A stretch of DNA of 64,000 nucleotides from positions 32,001-96,000 of IMG/VR virus record IMGVR_UViG_3300025137_005412; one strand, written 5' to 3'. The DNA is from a virus. This document shows positions 47,832-56,897 of the stretch, one piece after another. The position numbers and the translations under genes were made by a program. The notes beneath the pieces are model-generated. The model had not been told where the DNA came from. It ran no database searches and was given only the letters and a program-made list of their open reading frames with translations. Within the stretch, counting starts at the first letter, position 1; each line of letters opens with the position of its first letter.

Positions 47832-48391
47832 GTACTATACCTATAATTTATTTCTGCATGTTTCTCTTCATCAGCTCTTATCTTTATAATAATATCTCTG
47901 AGTGTTGAATCATCTTTTAAATTATAGTACTGTTTTGCTAGCTTTGTTGCTGGAATATTTTCAGCTTGTCCAGAATCAACCATGTGTAAGTATTGTGTAT
48001 AAGATATTACAGCTTCTTTCTCAAAGTAATGTATCATTCTGTGAGCTGTCTTTGGAAAGAATACAAACAGAAAAAAGTAAAATACAAGAAAGATAAATTG
48101 TGCAAATAATACTATCCATCTTTCTAACCATGTAGGTTTTGCTATATCAATAAAAATCATGAGATGCATTCTTTCATTCTCAGCTTCATCCATCATCTCT
48201 CTTATCTTAGGACCAAGACCAGCTTCCATTTTTCTTAATGATTTCATGTGTAGCCATACACCAGCTACAATACCTGGAACACCTGCAATAGTCTCTAATA
48301 CTATTGCTCTATGCCCATATCTCTTTGCAAAGAACGTGTCAGCTATGAGCCGAAAGAAGGAGGTCATAGATCTTGCAAACTTATCAGACAA
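47828..48391 (-). CDS. aox: Alternative oxidase (di-iron ubiquinol oxidase)
   Basis: RAIVLETIAGVPG, EAENERMHL, FEKEAVISY, IRADEEKH. Confidence 0.92.
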   Translation of the reverse strand: MSDKFARSMTSFFRLIADTFFAKRYGHRAIVLETIAGVPGIVAGVWLHMKSLRKMEAGLGPKIREMMDEAENERMHLMIFIDIAKPTWLERWIVLFAQFIFLVFYFFLFVFFPKTAHRMIHYFEKEAVISYTQYLHMVDSGQAENIPATKLAKQYYNLKDDSTLRDIIIKIRADEEKHAEINYRYST

Positions 48392-48674
48392 GGCTATTGA
48401 CCTTATACTTTAACATATTTAGGTCAGAAGCATCTTTCTCAATCTTTTCTTTTATATTCTTAGGCAACATTAACTTCATACCTTCTACTTCTAATCCATA
48501 TTTTTCACAGACATATACTACAGCATCAATATAATTACCACCACCAGATGCTACAACTTCTTCTATTTCTTTTGGTAGGTTTTTAACTTTAGCTTGGAAA
48601 TCACTATCTGTAATTTCTTTTTTCCTTGCAGATAACTTGGGTAAGGTATCGTTGTCTTCTAATCCTATTTGCAT
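48384..48674 (-). CDS. 33: Late transcription coactivator gp33
   Basis: NYIDAV...CE...E...KEKIE.DA..LN.L; T4 order 33-59-32. Confidence 0.8.
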   Translation of the reverse strand: MQIGLEDNDTLPKLSARKKEITDSDFQAKVKNLPKEIEEVVASGGGNYIDAVVYVCEKYGLEVEGMKLMLPKNIKEKIEKDASDLNMLKYKVNSLV

Positions 48675-48901
48675 TATGTTATTTCTGGGTTATCTTGTAC
48701 GTCATAATCTTTTGATAAGACGGACTTAATTAAATTTGCTAGAACAACATCCATGTCATTCAAATTTCTTGATCTGTAGTAATCTTCTACTAATTGTAGT
48801 ATTCTGATTTGTTCTTTATGTGGTACTGATGCATTTTTCTTGAAATTAATAATGTCAGTCATTACTTTCTGTACATCAGAGGGTCCTATAAAACTATCCA
48901 T
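48674..48901 (-). CDS. Hypothetical protein
   Basis: Probable start 48901 after RBS GGAG. Confidence 0.5.
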   Translation of the reverse strand: MDSFIGPSDVQKVMTDIINFKKNASVPHKEQIRILQLVEDYYRSRNLNDMDVVLANLIKSVLSKDYDVQDNPEIT

Positions 48902-49559
48902 ATTCACTCTCCTGTTGTTTTGATTTATATAAGGCAATTCTCGTCTTAAGTCTTTCAGTCCAATACTTGTTTTCTCTGGCAGTTTTGGTAAACTCTTGGA
49001 TCCTACCATCTTGAGTGCAGATAATGATTTTAGTACTTTTTGGTAATATGTTTGTATGTTCATAAAATGCATTGAAGTAAAAAGCCGCTTGTATAAAATA
49101 ATCTTGTATCCATTCTTCATTCTTTGGTTTCTTAGAAGTCTTAAAATCAATAACGGATATTTCACCATCCATTTCAGCAATACAATCTACAGTACCAGCA
49201 ACTCCTAAGCGATCACTGTATACCGCTTGTTCTAGACACTTAACAGTAGATATCCTGTCAAGGGTAGGACGTATGGCTCTAAATAATATAGATTTATCAA
49301 ACTTTTCATTGAGTAAATATCTTTCACATTCTTTATGAAAGCGAGTACCGTGTGTTGTTGCTTGTTTGCTAACTCTGTTTGCTTCTTTTTCACCAACTCT
49401 TTTCTTCCATTCAAATAGTTTTGTCTTATCAGCGGTTTGTCCAAGTACTGTTGTTATAGATGGATATTTATTTCCATCCGGAGTATTGTAGTATCTTCTG
49501 TCAGGTTCCGTAACTTGTTCAAGCTTAGGAACTTTAATAAAATCATGTTGAAACTTCAT
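48894..49559 (-). CDS. PD-(D/E)XK exonuclease
   Basis: YPSITTVL, GT.FH, AGTVDC, IDFKTS, YF.Q...Y. Confidence 0.88.
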   Translation of the reverse strand: MKFQHDFIKVPKLEQVTEPDRRYYNTPDGNKYPSITTVLGQTADKTKLFEWKKRVGEKEANRVSKQATTHGTRFHKECERYLLNEKFDKSILFRAIRPTLDRISTVKCLEQAVYSDRLGVAGTVDCIAEMDGEISVIDFKTSKKPKNEEWIQDYFIQAAFYFNAFYEHTNILPKSTKIIICTQDGRIQEFTKTARENKYWTERLKTRIALYKSKQQESEYG

Positions 49560-50676
49560 CTAATATCTTTTTAACATCTTTTTCATCTAGTACCGCCGAT
49601 TCTAAATTAAACATATAGTCTAATAATACTAATTCTACCAAGGATTTTAATCCTCTTGCACCTACACCTCGTTCTAAGGCTTTTTCAGCAATGAGTTCTA
49701 ATCCTTTCTTTGAAATCTTTAATTCAATATCAGAGTATGCAAATAGTCTTGAATATTGATCTATCAAATTATTCTTTACTTTAGATAATATATCAATAAG
49801 ATTTTCTTTAGTAAGTTCTTGTAATGGTGCAATAGTTGGTATACGACCTAGAATCTCAGGAATAAATCCATACTCTTCTAAATCTTGTGGTTGTACATGA
49901 TTGATTATATTAGTCAGTGATTCTTTCTCTTTAAATTGTGCACCAAATCCAATACCAGTTTTTCCTGTACTTAATCTATCTTGAATAACTTCATCTAAAC
50001 CAGTAAATGCACCACCAACAATGAATAATATATTAGATGTATCTACAACAAATCTTACTTTAGATAATCCTTGCATTCTTTCCATTTCAATTTCAGTACC
50101 TTCAATAAGTTTTAATAAAGCTTGTTGTACTGCTTCACCACCAACATCTTTTCTATTTCTTCCAGCACCACCATCATTCTTACTACAAATTTTATCAAAC
50201 TCATCAATGAATACTATTCCTGTAGCTGCAGCATCAAAGTTTCCTCTAGCATTTTGAAATAATCCATCAACTACAGATTCAACATCTTTACCAACATAAC
50301 CTGAAGCTGTCATGTTATTAGCATCAGCAATGTAATAAGGAACCTTCATCATTTCAGCAAGCTTCTTTACAAGATAAGTTTTACCAGAACCTGTAGGACC
50401 TAATAACATAAGATTTGTTTTTTCAATTCTATTAGTATCATCATAACCTTCTTCTTTAAAGATCATTAATCTTTTATAATGGTTATGTGCACCAGTAGAG
50501 AGAACTTTCTTCGCTCTATCTTGACTTATAACATAAGTATCAAGATATTCGTAAATCTCTTTAGGTGATGGTAATGTAAAATCTAATTGTGCCTTAACAG
50601 TATAAAGACTTAGTTTTTCTCTAGCCTTTGATATATTATTAAGTAAGAATTCTTTATCTACCTGACCGATGCTCAT
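49543..50676 (-). CDS. clpX: ClpX AAA+ unfoldase lacking the zinc-binding N-domain
   Basis: GPTGSGKT, GYVG.DVE, FIDEFDKI, DVGGEAVQQALLK, IGF loop, PEILGR, GARGL. Confidence 0.93.
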   Translation of the reverse strand: MSIGQVDKEFLLNNISKAREKLSLYTVKAQLDFTLPSPKEIYEYLDTYVISQDRAKKVLSTGAHNHYKRLMIFKEEGYDDTNRIEKTNLMLLGPTGSGKTYLVKKLAEMMKVPYYIADANNMTASGYVGKDVESVVDGLFQNARGNFDAAATGIVFIDEFDKICSKNDGGAGRNRKDVGGEAVQQALLKLIEGTEIEMERMQGLSKVRFVVDTSNILFIVGGAFTGLDEVIQDRLSTGKTGIGFGAQFKEKESLTNIINHVQPQDLEEYGFIPEILGRIPTIAPLQELTKENLIDILSKVKNNLIDQYSRLFAYSDIELKISKKGLELIAEKALERGVGARGLKSLVELVLLDYMFNLESAVLDEKDVKKILDEVST

Positions 50677-51091
50677 ATTGATTATGCTTTCTGTGAGAAG
50701 TTTTTGATTCCCAGTTTTCTATTGCTTTCTTTATACTCTCTTCTGCCAATACAGAACAGTGTAATTTAATTGGTGGCAATTCAAGTGCTGCTGCAATTTC
50801 TTTATCTTTAATATTCTTTGCTTCATCAATTGTTTTACCGGTTAACATTTCAACAAACATTGTGGATGATGCTATTGCACTGCCACAACCATAAGTTTTA
50901 AACTTTACATCTATTATTATACCATTTTCATCGAGTTTTAATTGTAATTTCATAACATCTCCGCAGGCGGGTGCACCTACCATACCAGTAGCAATATCAT
51001 GATCTTTAGGATCAAACCTACCAACAGAGTGTTTATCCGGGTTCCTCAGTACAGATTCAAATCTGTCAACAACCTTCTTAGAGTATGCCAT
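50654..51091 (-). CDS. iscU: Fe-S cluster scaffold IscU
   Basis: GAPACGDVMKLQ, FKTYGCGSAIASS, LPPIKLHCS. Confidence 0.95.
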   Translation of the reverse strand: MAYSKKVVDRFESVLRNPDKHSVGRFDPKDHDIATGMVGAPACGDVMKLQLKLDENGIIIDVKFKTYGCGSAIASSTMFVEMLTGKTIDEAKNIKDKEIAAALELPPIKLHCSVLAEESIKKAIENWESKTSHRKHNQYEHRSGR

Positions 51092-51330
51092 TAAATGATG
51101 TGGTCTAAACCTTTTGAGAGTGGATGAAGCTTCTTAGCTTCTCTCATTTTGTCTTTGAATCCCTCAGGTAATTTACCTTTTTGAACTGATGTCTGAGATA
51201 TAATTTTAGGGGCACCTATTATAAAGATATAGTTTGGGTTATCTTTAAGCCATTGTTCTTTCTCAGCCCATGGCATATTAACTTCTTTTTGATTCTTTGT
51301 TTTCTTGTGTTCTATTGTGTATATTGGCAT
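51091..51330 (-). CDS. Conserved small protein (FmdB-like N-terminus)
   Basis: MPIYT...WLKDNP...GF.D. Confidence 0.55.
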   Translation of the reverse strand: MPIYTIEHKKTKNQKEVNMPWAEKEQWLKDNPNYIFIIGAPKIISQTSVQKGKLPEGFKDKMREAKKLHPLSKGLDHII

Positions 51331-51533
51331 ATTAACCCTTTAGTTTTTCCTTTTCGTTTAGTCTCGCTATGAGCTCTGAGTAAAATTTCTTAAACTGTCT
51401 ATCACTCTTTACCAGAGTAGGTTTAACTTCCGCTGCATGGTTTATAATATCCCAGGCTCTTCTTGCTGCAGTTTCTGCTTCTTTAGAATGTGTCATAGTT
51501 GCTCCTTGTTAAGTATATTATACCAAAATAAGG

Positions 51534-51541
51534 TATAAATA
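51534..51541 (+). promoter_or_regulatory. Late promoter TATAAATA
   Basis: Exact T4 late consensus just before ORF 51546. Confidence 0.75.
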
Positions 51542-51545
51542 TATC

Positions 51546-52088
51546 ATGCCATCTAATACTATTTATCAAAGATATGCAGAACGAGCCGAGAAGGCAGGTG
51601 TGAAGAGAAACACAAGAGGTGCAATTGACTGGTTTCGAAAGACTATAAGAAAAGATAGAGCTGTGGATTTAGATAAAGCAACTGAAGGTTTAAAACAAAA
51701 AGGTATTCAACCTGGTAATCTTTATATTTATGGATATAATCCTAAGTATGCTAAAGAGTTGAAGTATTATGATAGCTTTCCTTGTTGTCTTATATTAGAG
51801 ACTACAAAGGATGGATGGTATGGTCTGAATTTACATTATCTGCCACCTGCTATGAGAGCAAGATTATTGGCAGAGAATAATGTAAAGTCAGGAAATGGTC
51901 TGAAAATAGGTAAAGCCATGGGAAGAAGTAGATTTGGTAAGCATGCATTGCATAGATATATTGCCAATCAATTAACTTCAAGACCAAAATTTGTTCCAAT
52001 AAAAGATTGGGAAATAGCAATACAATTACCATTTGAAGGATTTAATAAGATTAGTAATACACAAATATGGAGAAAAGCGAATGGCTAA
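51546..52088 (+). CDS. 2: DNA end protector gp2-like
   Basis: Y.PKY..EL.YYD.FP, GLNLHYLPP..R, W..A..LP.E.F. Confidence 0.8.
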   Translation: MPSNTIYQRYAERAEKAGVKRNTRGAIDWFRKTIRKDRAVDLDKATEGLKQKGIQPGNLYIYGYNPKYAKELKYYDSFPCCLILETTKDGWYGLNLHYLPPAMRARLLAENNVKSGNGLKIGKAMGRSRFGKHALHRYIANQLTSRPKFVPIKDWEIAIQLPFEGFNKISNTQIWRKANG

Positions 52089-52239
52089 ATTAGCGAAAAG
52101 TTATCAGGCACATGAAAAAACAAGAAAAAAGACATCACAAGGAACAGGTGGTCGTGGAAGAAAAGTAAAAATTGGTATGTCAATGATGAATAAAAGTAAA
52201 CGTCGTTCATACAAAGCTTATAGAGGACAAGGTAGATAA
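52081..52239 (+). CDS. Small basic protein
   Basis: KKTSQG...K.YRGQGR motif common in marine T4-like phages. Confidence 0.65.
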   Translation: MAKLAKSYQAHEKTRKKTSQGTGGRGRKVKIGMSMMNKSKRRSYKAYRGQGR

Positions 52240-52932
52240 ATGGCATTACAAGAGTTTAGAGCAAACCTTTCAAAAGGTGGATTAGCAAGAGCCAGTAAAT
52301 GGATGGTTCGTGTATTTCCTCCTAGAGGAGTCACTGCTTCTGGTAATGCTCTTGGTAGATTGCTTGGTGGTGGATTAGAAATTAACCTACCAATATTTGA
52401 TGCATTAGACAATGCAGTTGGAGTATTAAATGATATTGATGTAAGTCTTGGTGGATTGAATATAAACTACAATCCAAATATTCCTACATTAGGTTATGCT
52501 TTATCAGGAGAGAATGAAGCATTAAGAACAATTAATTTATTCACAGCAGATGTAGAATTACCTGGTAGAGATGTGAATGAAATAGAAAGAAGAACAGAAG
52601 GTGAAGTAAGATCTGTAGGATACTTACATACACATCAAAGTCTTAATGTAGGTTATTACTGTTCTGAATCTCTAGCAGAAAAAGATTTCTTTGAAACTTG
52701 GCAAGAAGTTGTTTATAACAAAGATAAGGTTGCGAGTGGTTATTATGATGACTACACGAGCCGTATCGAAGTGATTAAATATAATGCAAGCTTCAAGAAA
52801 GAAGTTGCCAGATATCAATTCAATGAATGTTATCCAACAAACATTGGTTCACTGCAATTGGAAAATACTGGTGATGCAATTATGAAACTGCAATTGCAGT
52901 TTAAATTTAGAAACTATGATAGGATAAAATAA
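52240..52932 (+). CDS. Tail-tube-like baseplate protein (gp54/gp19 fold)
   Basis: GGLAR, V.LPGR, FF..WQ, YYDDY, E.YP..I. Confidence 0.75.
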   Translation: MALQEFRANLSKGGLARASKWMVRVFPPRGVTASGNALGRLLGGGLEINLPIFDALDNAVGVLNDIDVSLGGLNINYNPNIPTLGYALSGENEALRTINLFTADVELPGRDVNEIERRTEGEVRSVGYLHTHQSLNVGYYCSESLAEKDFFETWQEVVYNKDKVASGYYDDYTSRIEVIKYNASFKKEVARYQFNECYPTNIGSLQLENTGDAIMKLQLQFKFRNYDRIK

Positions 52933-53639
52933 TGAGCGAGATTAGTCGTATTAAAATATCGACTCCCGAATATGATGAAATTTTACCTTCTACCAAAGAA
53001 GCGATAAAGATCAAACCATTCAGAGTAGCCGATGAAAAAACTCTTTTGATAGCATCAGAGAGCAAAGACCCCAAACAAATGGTGAATGCCATGAAAAAGA
53101 TTGTGGGTAATAGCCTTGTTGAAGATAGAGACATAGAGAAATTAGCTCCACATGATTTTGAATATCTGTTCTTAAAGATCAGAGCAAAGTCTGTTGGTGA
53201 AATTTCAAAACTAAAAGTAGCATGTAAAGAGTGTGAAACTAAAAATGATGTTGAATTTGATTTAGAGTCAGTCAGCATTAAAGAAGATGAAAACTTTTCT
53301 TCAGTACTTAAGATAAATGATAGGCTTCATTTTAAAATGAAGTACTTGAGTTTAGATGATGTTGTTGGAATGGATCCAGATGCAAAATCTTCTGAGATGT
53401 TTAGTATTATCGCAGATGCTGTAGATGTTATTGTCTATGAAGATGAAACAATAAATGTGGGTAAAGCAGAAAAGAAAGATGCATTAGATCTAATTGAAAG
53501 TCTACCATCCAAAGACTTTGAACAATTTGTTAATTACTTTTCTAATATGCCACATGTTATAGGTGTTGCAAACTTTAAGTGTTCAAACTGTGGTGCTGAA
53601 AATGCACATGAGATAAGAGGCCTTCAAAATTTTTTTTGA
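52932..53639 (+). CDS. 26: Baseplate hub subunit gp26
   Basis: P.Y...LPST, PF.V..EK.LL.A.ES, D.EYLFL.IRAKSVGE, CxxC, GL.NFF. Confidence 0.88.
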   Translation: MSEISRIKISTPEYDEILPSTKEAIKIKPFRVADEKTLLIASESKDPKQMVNAMKKIVGNSLVEDRDIEKLAPHDFEYLFLKIRAKSVGEISKLKVACKECETKNDVEFDLESVSIKEDENFSSVLKINDRLHFKMKYLSLDDVVGMDPDAKSSEMFSIIADAVDVIVYEDETINVGKAEKKDALDLIESLPSKDFEQFVNYFSNMPHVIGVANFKCSNCGAENAHEIRGLQNFF

Positions 53640-53836
53640 TAGCCCTTTCCCACATTAATTTAGAACACTACTATAAACTTAACTTTGCGATGAAACAACA
53701 TCACAAGTGGAGTATTGGTGAAATAGAATTAATGATACCTTGGGAAAGGGAAATATATGCTGGATTATTACAGCGGTTTCTTGAAGAAGAGCGTGACAGG
53801 CAAAAAGCCCAAGACGCTAAAATGAAGAGGAAATAA
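53636..53836 (+). CDS. 51: Baseplate hub assembly catalyst gp51
   Basis: YYK.NFA..QHHKWS..EIE.MIPWEREIY. Confidence 0.88.
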   Translation: MIALSHINLEHYYKLNFAMKQHHKWSIGEIELMIPWEREIYAGLLQRFLEEERDRQKAQDAKMKRK

Positions 53837-53838
53837 TT

Positions 53839-54630
53839 TTGAAGAATGAGTTCAAACATAACATACTTAAAGTCATGGGGATTTTCCAAATCGCTCTGCC
53901 TATCTGTGCTATTACATGGTTTATTCTATTTGGGTTGGACCCTGTTTTACTAATTGCTGGAATAGCTTTAGGTTATATTTTTTTCATACTCACTATGGCT
54001 GGGTACCACAGAATTCTGGCTCATAAAATTGTACAAACACCAACATGGTTTAAAGCACTATACAGCTTTGTCGGTTCTCTAGCTTTCTCATCACCACCAA
54101 TATCATGGGCCTCTACTCATATACTGCACCACATGTTCTCAGACACTGATAAGGATCCACATTCACCTAAGTATTTAGGACCTATCAAAAGTTCTTTATT
54201 CTATTTTCAAACACCATTCGGTGAGATTATGAAGAAGCTCAATCTTAGAGAAAAGAAAAAGTTTCTCATGACAATTAAACATCTTATCAAAGACCCAATA
54301 CTTATATTCTTTGAAAAGAACTATCTTGTATTAACCTTTATGTATTGCATAGCTCTAGCAATCATTCATCCATCGTTAGTTATATACTTCTATTGTATAC
54401 CTGTAATGTATAGTCATCTAGGTGCATTGCTAGTGGTCACTAATCATGATGGTGTATTTGGTGGAGTAAACAATAGCAATAGACATAGAGCATTCAATAA
54501 ATTTTTATTATGGCCAATAGTATATGGTGAACACAATCATGCTGATCATCATGACCACCCTGGACGCGCGGATGGATTAAATAATCTATTAAGGAAAGTG
54601 TTTAGTAAATGGCCGAAGAGCAAAGTATAA
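53839..54630 (+). CDS. Membrane fatty-acid desaturase (delta-9-like)
   Basis: His boxes HRILAH, HILHH..SD...DPHSP, GE..HADHH; TM helices. Confidence 0.9.
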   Translation: MKNEFKHNILKVMGIFQIALPICAITWFILFGLDPVLLIAGIALGYIFFILTMAGYHRILAHKIVQTPTWFKALYSFVGSLAFSSPPISWASTHILHHMFSDTDKDPHSPKYLGPIKSSLFYFQTPFGEIMKKLNLREKKKFLMTIKHLIKDPILIFFEKNYLVLTFMYCIALAIIHPSLVIYFYCIPVMYSHLGALLVVTNHDGVFGGVNNSNRHRAFNKFLLWPIVYGEHNHADHHDHPGRADGLNNLLRKVFSKWPKSKV

Positions 54631-56315
54631 ATCAAAGAAAAATTCAACTTCTAAAAGAGAAGAATATTGCTGACGAGATAAAAAATCTTGGCAGCTTGAA
54701 TGAGATCATACGTCGTAATAAAAAGATAGCTGATCAAATGCTTGATAGTTTTACAAAATCAGATGGAAAGAAAACTGTTATTGACCAAGAAGCCGTAGCT
54801 AAAGATGTTGACGGTGCTAGAAAAGCACTCATAGAATTTCAAAAACAAGCTTCAGCCTCAGCAGATGTTGAAGGAAAAGCAGATAGTACTAAAGAAGCTA
54901 TAGACGCTTTAGGTGTTAAATTACAAGATCTTCAAAAAAGAGATAATGAAGGTGATAAGAAATTTTTAATGAAATTATTTGGAACACCTGGAGATAGAAA
55001 ACAAGCTCAAGCTGAAATGAAACAATTCTTTATGGACCTACCAAAGAAGATTGGTTTAAAATTAAGTGGTATAGTGAACAAAGCATTCAGTTCAATAAAA
55101 GATGGAATAGGTACTTTCTTTGATATTCTCAAAACAGGTTTATTATTACTTGGTGGACTTGCTGCACTCGATGGATTCATAGACGGTTGGTCAAATGCAG
55201 AAAGATGGTTAGGTGCTAATGCTAATTTTGGTGATAGACTTGCTTCTGGATTAACAGGTATTGTTCGTGCATTTAAGCCGATGACAGATGAAGAAGCCGC
55301 TGCATTAGCTGAAAATTTAGCTGGTAAATTTGAAACATTAACCGCTATAATTAAAAGAATTGGTACTGCATTTGGAAACATTCTTGGTTTAAATACTGAT
55401 GCAGAATCACAAAGTCTTTTTGATAAAATAAAAGATTGGGGTATAGCTATAACGACATCATTATTATTATTCACAAATATAGCATCTACAATGGCTGTAG
55501 GAATTATAAAACAAGCTGGAAAACTATTCTATCAAGTCGGATTATTTGCTTTGAATTCAAAGTTCCTTTCAGCAAGGTATTTAAAAATAAATGCTATATT
55601 AGCTGGTAGAAAACTTAAAGCAGCATTAACTGGTCTTAGACTTGGAATGATTGCATTTGCAACCGTAACGATTCCAGCAATGGCAGCTACGATATGGGGA
55701 ATGGTCTCAGCTGTAGGAGTCTTCTTAGTATCAAATCCAATTGGTTGGATAATCTTAGCCTTACTTGCGGTTGGAGCTTTATTTTATGTCTTCTGGGATC
55801 AAATCTCAGCTATGCATAAAGCCGTTAAAGATTCTGGTGGTTATATACTACATTTAAAATTGATGTGGGCAAAAGTCACCGATGCCATAGGTTCATTTGC
55901 TAATATGTTTATTGGTTGGTACAATAGTATTATAAGCTATCTACCAGAGTTTATGAGACCAAGACAAATACCAAAAAGTTCTATGTTTGCAACCGATAGT
56001 GCTGATAAGATTAAAGCAGAAATGACACAAAATATGAGAGAAGCTGCAGAAAGAGATGCTGCACTTGAAACCGCTCAGTTAGAACAACAAAATAATGTTT
56101 CAGCCTATGATATGGGATCTGGAAGTGAAGCAGCTGAGTTAGCGGATTTTGAAGCTCAAATGGCTGCATTAGGAATTAATAGCGAAGGTACAACAACAAC
56201 AAATAATGCTGCAGCATTCACACAAAATATTGTCAATACAAATAATAATACTTCAGTTGCTTTGAAAACGAGACCTGGTTATACTATGGATTTTGGTAGT
56301 GCTTATAGCTACTAA
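54609..56315 (+). CDS. Tape-measure/baseplate hub protein (gp29-like)
   Basis: Long alpha-helical protein with hydrophobic NPIG segments; located in the baseplate cluster. Confidence 0.6.
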   Translation: MAEEQSINQRKIQLLKEKNIADEIKNLGSLNEIIRRNKKIADQMLDSFTKSDGKKTVIDQEAVAKDVDGARKALIEFQKQASASADVEGKADSTKEAIDALGVKLQDLQKRDNEGDKKFLMKLFGTPGDRKQAQAEMKQFFMDLPKKIGLKLSGIVNKAFSSIKDGIGTFFDILKTGLLLLGGLAALDGFIDGWSNAERWLGANANFGDRLASGLTGIVRAFKPMTDEEAAALAENLAGKFETLTAIIKRIGTAFGNILGLNTDAESQSLFDKIKDWGIAITTSLLLFTNIASTMAVGIIKQAGKLFYQVGLFALNSKFLSARYLKINAILAGRKLKAALTGLRLGMIAFATVTIPAMAATIWGMVSAVGVFLVSNPIGWIILALLAVGALFYVFWDQISAMHKAVKDSGGYILHLKLMWAKVTDAIGSFANMFIGWYNSIISYLPEFMRPRQIPKSSMFATDSADKIKAEMTQNMREAAERDAALETAQLEQQNNVSAYDMGSGSEAAELADFEAQMAALGINSEGTTTTNNAAAFTQNIVNTNNNTSVALKTRPGYTMDFGSAYSY

Positions 56316-56854
56316 GATCTTCTTTTAGGTTTAGTATATTTTCTTACTATTTTATTTCCAGCAGATTTAGACAATCTTTTTTCAGCAAGTAATAGACTCT
56401 TATCTACTTCCCAAGATAATATACCCATTCTTTGTAATTCTACTTCAGTCCAAATTTCAAATTTCAAACCATTCTTCATACAAGCATTATTGGCGTTCTT
56501 CCATTTCTCAGAATTGATTGCCCATCTCGCAGTCTCTTCAATCCATCTTTTAGACTTTCTTGTTGGAGATTCTGGTGGTACAGTTTCTTTCTTTGGCTTT
56601 ACTTCTATTACTTTTGTAGTACCATCTCTGAATTTTATATAGAAATCTGGATAATATCTGGCTCTCTTACCAGTCACGGGGTGTTGATATGGTATAGCAA
56701 TCTCTTCACTTGCCCATTCCATTACATCAATGTTCTCATCACACCACTTCATGACGTTTCTTTCCCATAAAGATCTGTATAAAATCTTCTTAGGATCACC
56801 TGCATATTTTTGTGGATTATCTAGTGATGTAAATTTTCCTCTGTATGTTGCCAT
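56312..56854 (-). CDS. 4: Head completion nuclease gp4
   Basis: NP.KY.GD...I.YRSLWE, W.SEE..IPY, RYYPDF, EVKP. Confidence 0.92.
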   Translation of the reverse strand: MATYRGKFTSLDNPQKYAGDPKKILYRSLWERNVMKWCDENIDVMEWASEEIAIPYQHPVTGKRARYYPDFYIKFRDGTTKVIEVKPKKETVPPESPTRKSKRWIEETARWAINSEKWKNANNACMKNGLKFEIWTEVELQRMGILSWEVDKSLLLAEKRLSKSAGNKIVRKYTKPKRRS

Positions 56855-56892
56855 AATAAATATCTATATTAGTAATTAATAGGATATTTATT
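56855..56892. promoter_or_regulatory. Divergent pair of late promoters
   Basis: AATAAATA on + at 56855-56862 and on - at 56885-56892. Confidence 0.6.
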
Positions 56893-56897
56893 TAAAA

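Noticed and set aside
47828-48391. PTOX implying a cyanophage
   Set aside because: Motifs are AOX-type and no photosynthesis genes occur in the window.
53628-53640. Programmed frameshift at the T-run between genes 26 and 51
   Set aside because: The T-run encodes the usual NFF end of gp26; the short overlap suffices, although a shift cannot be excluded.
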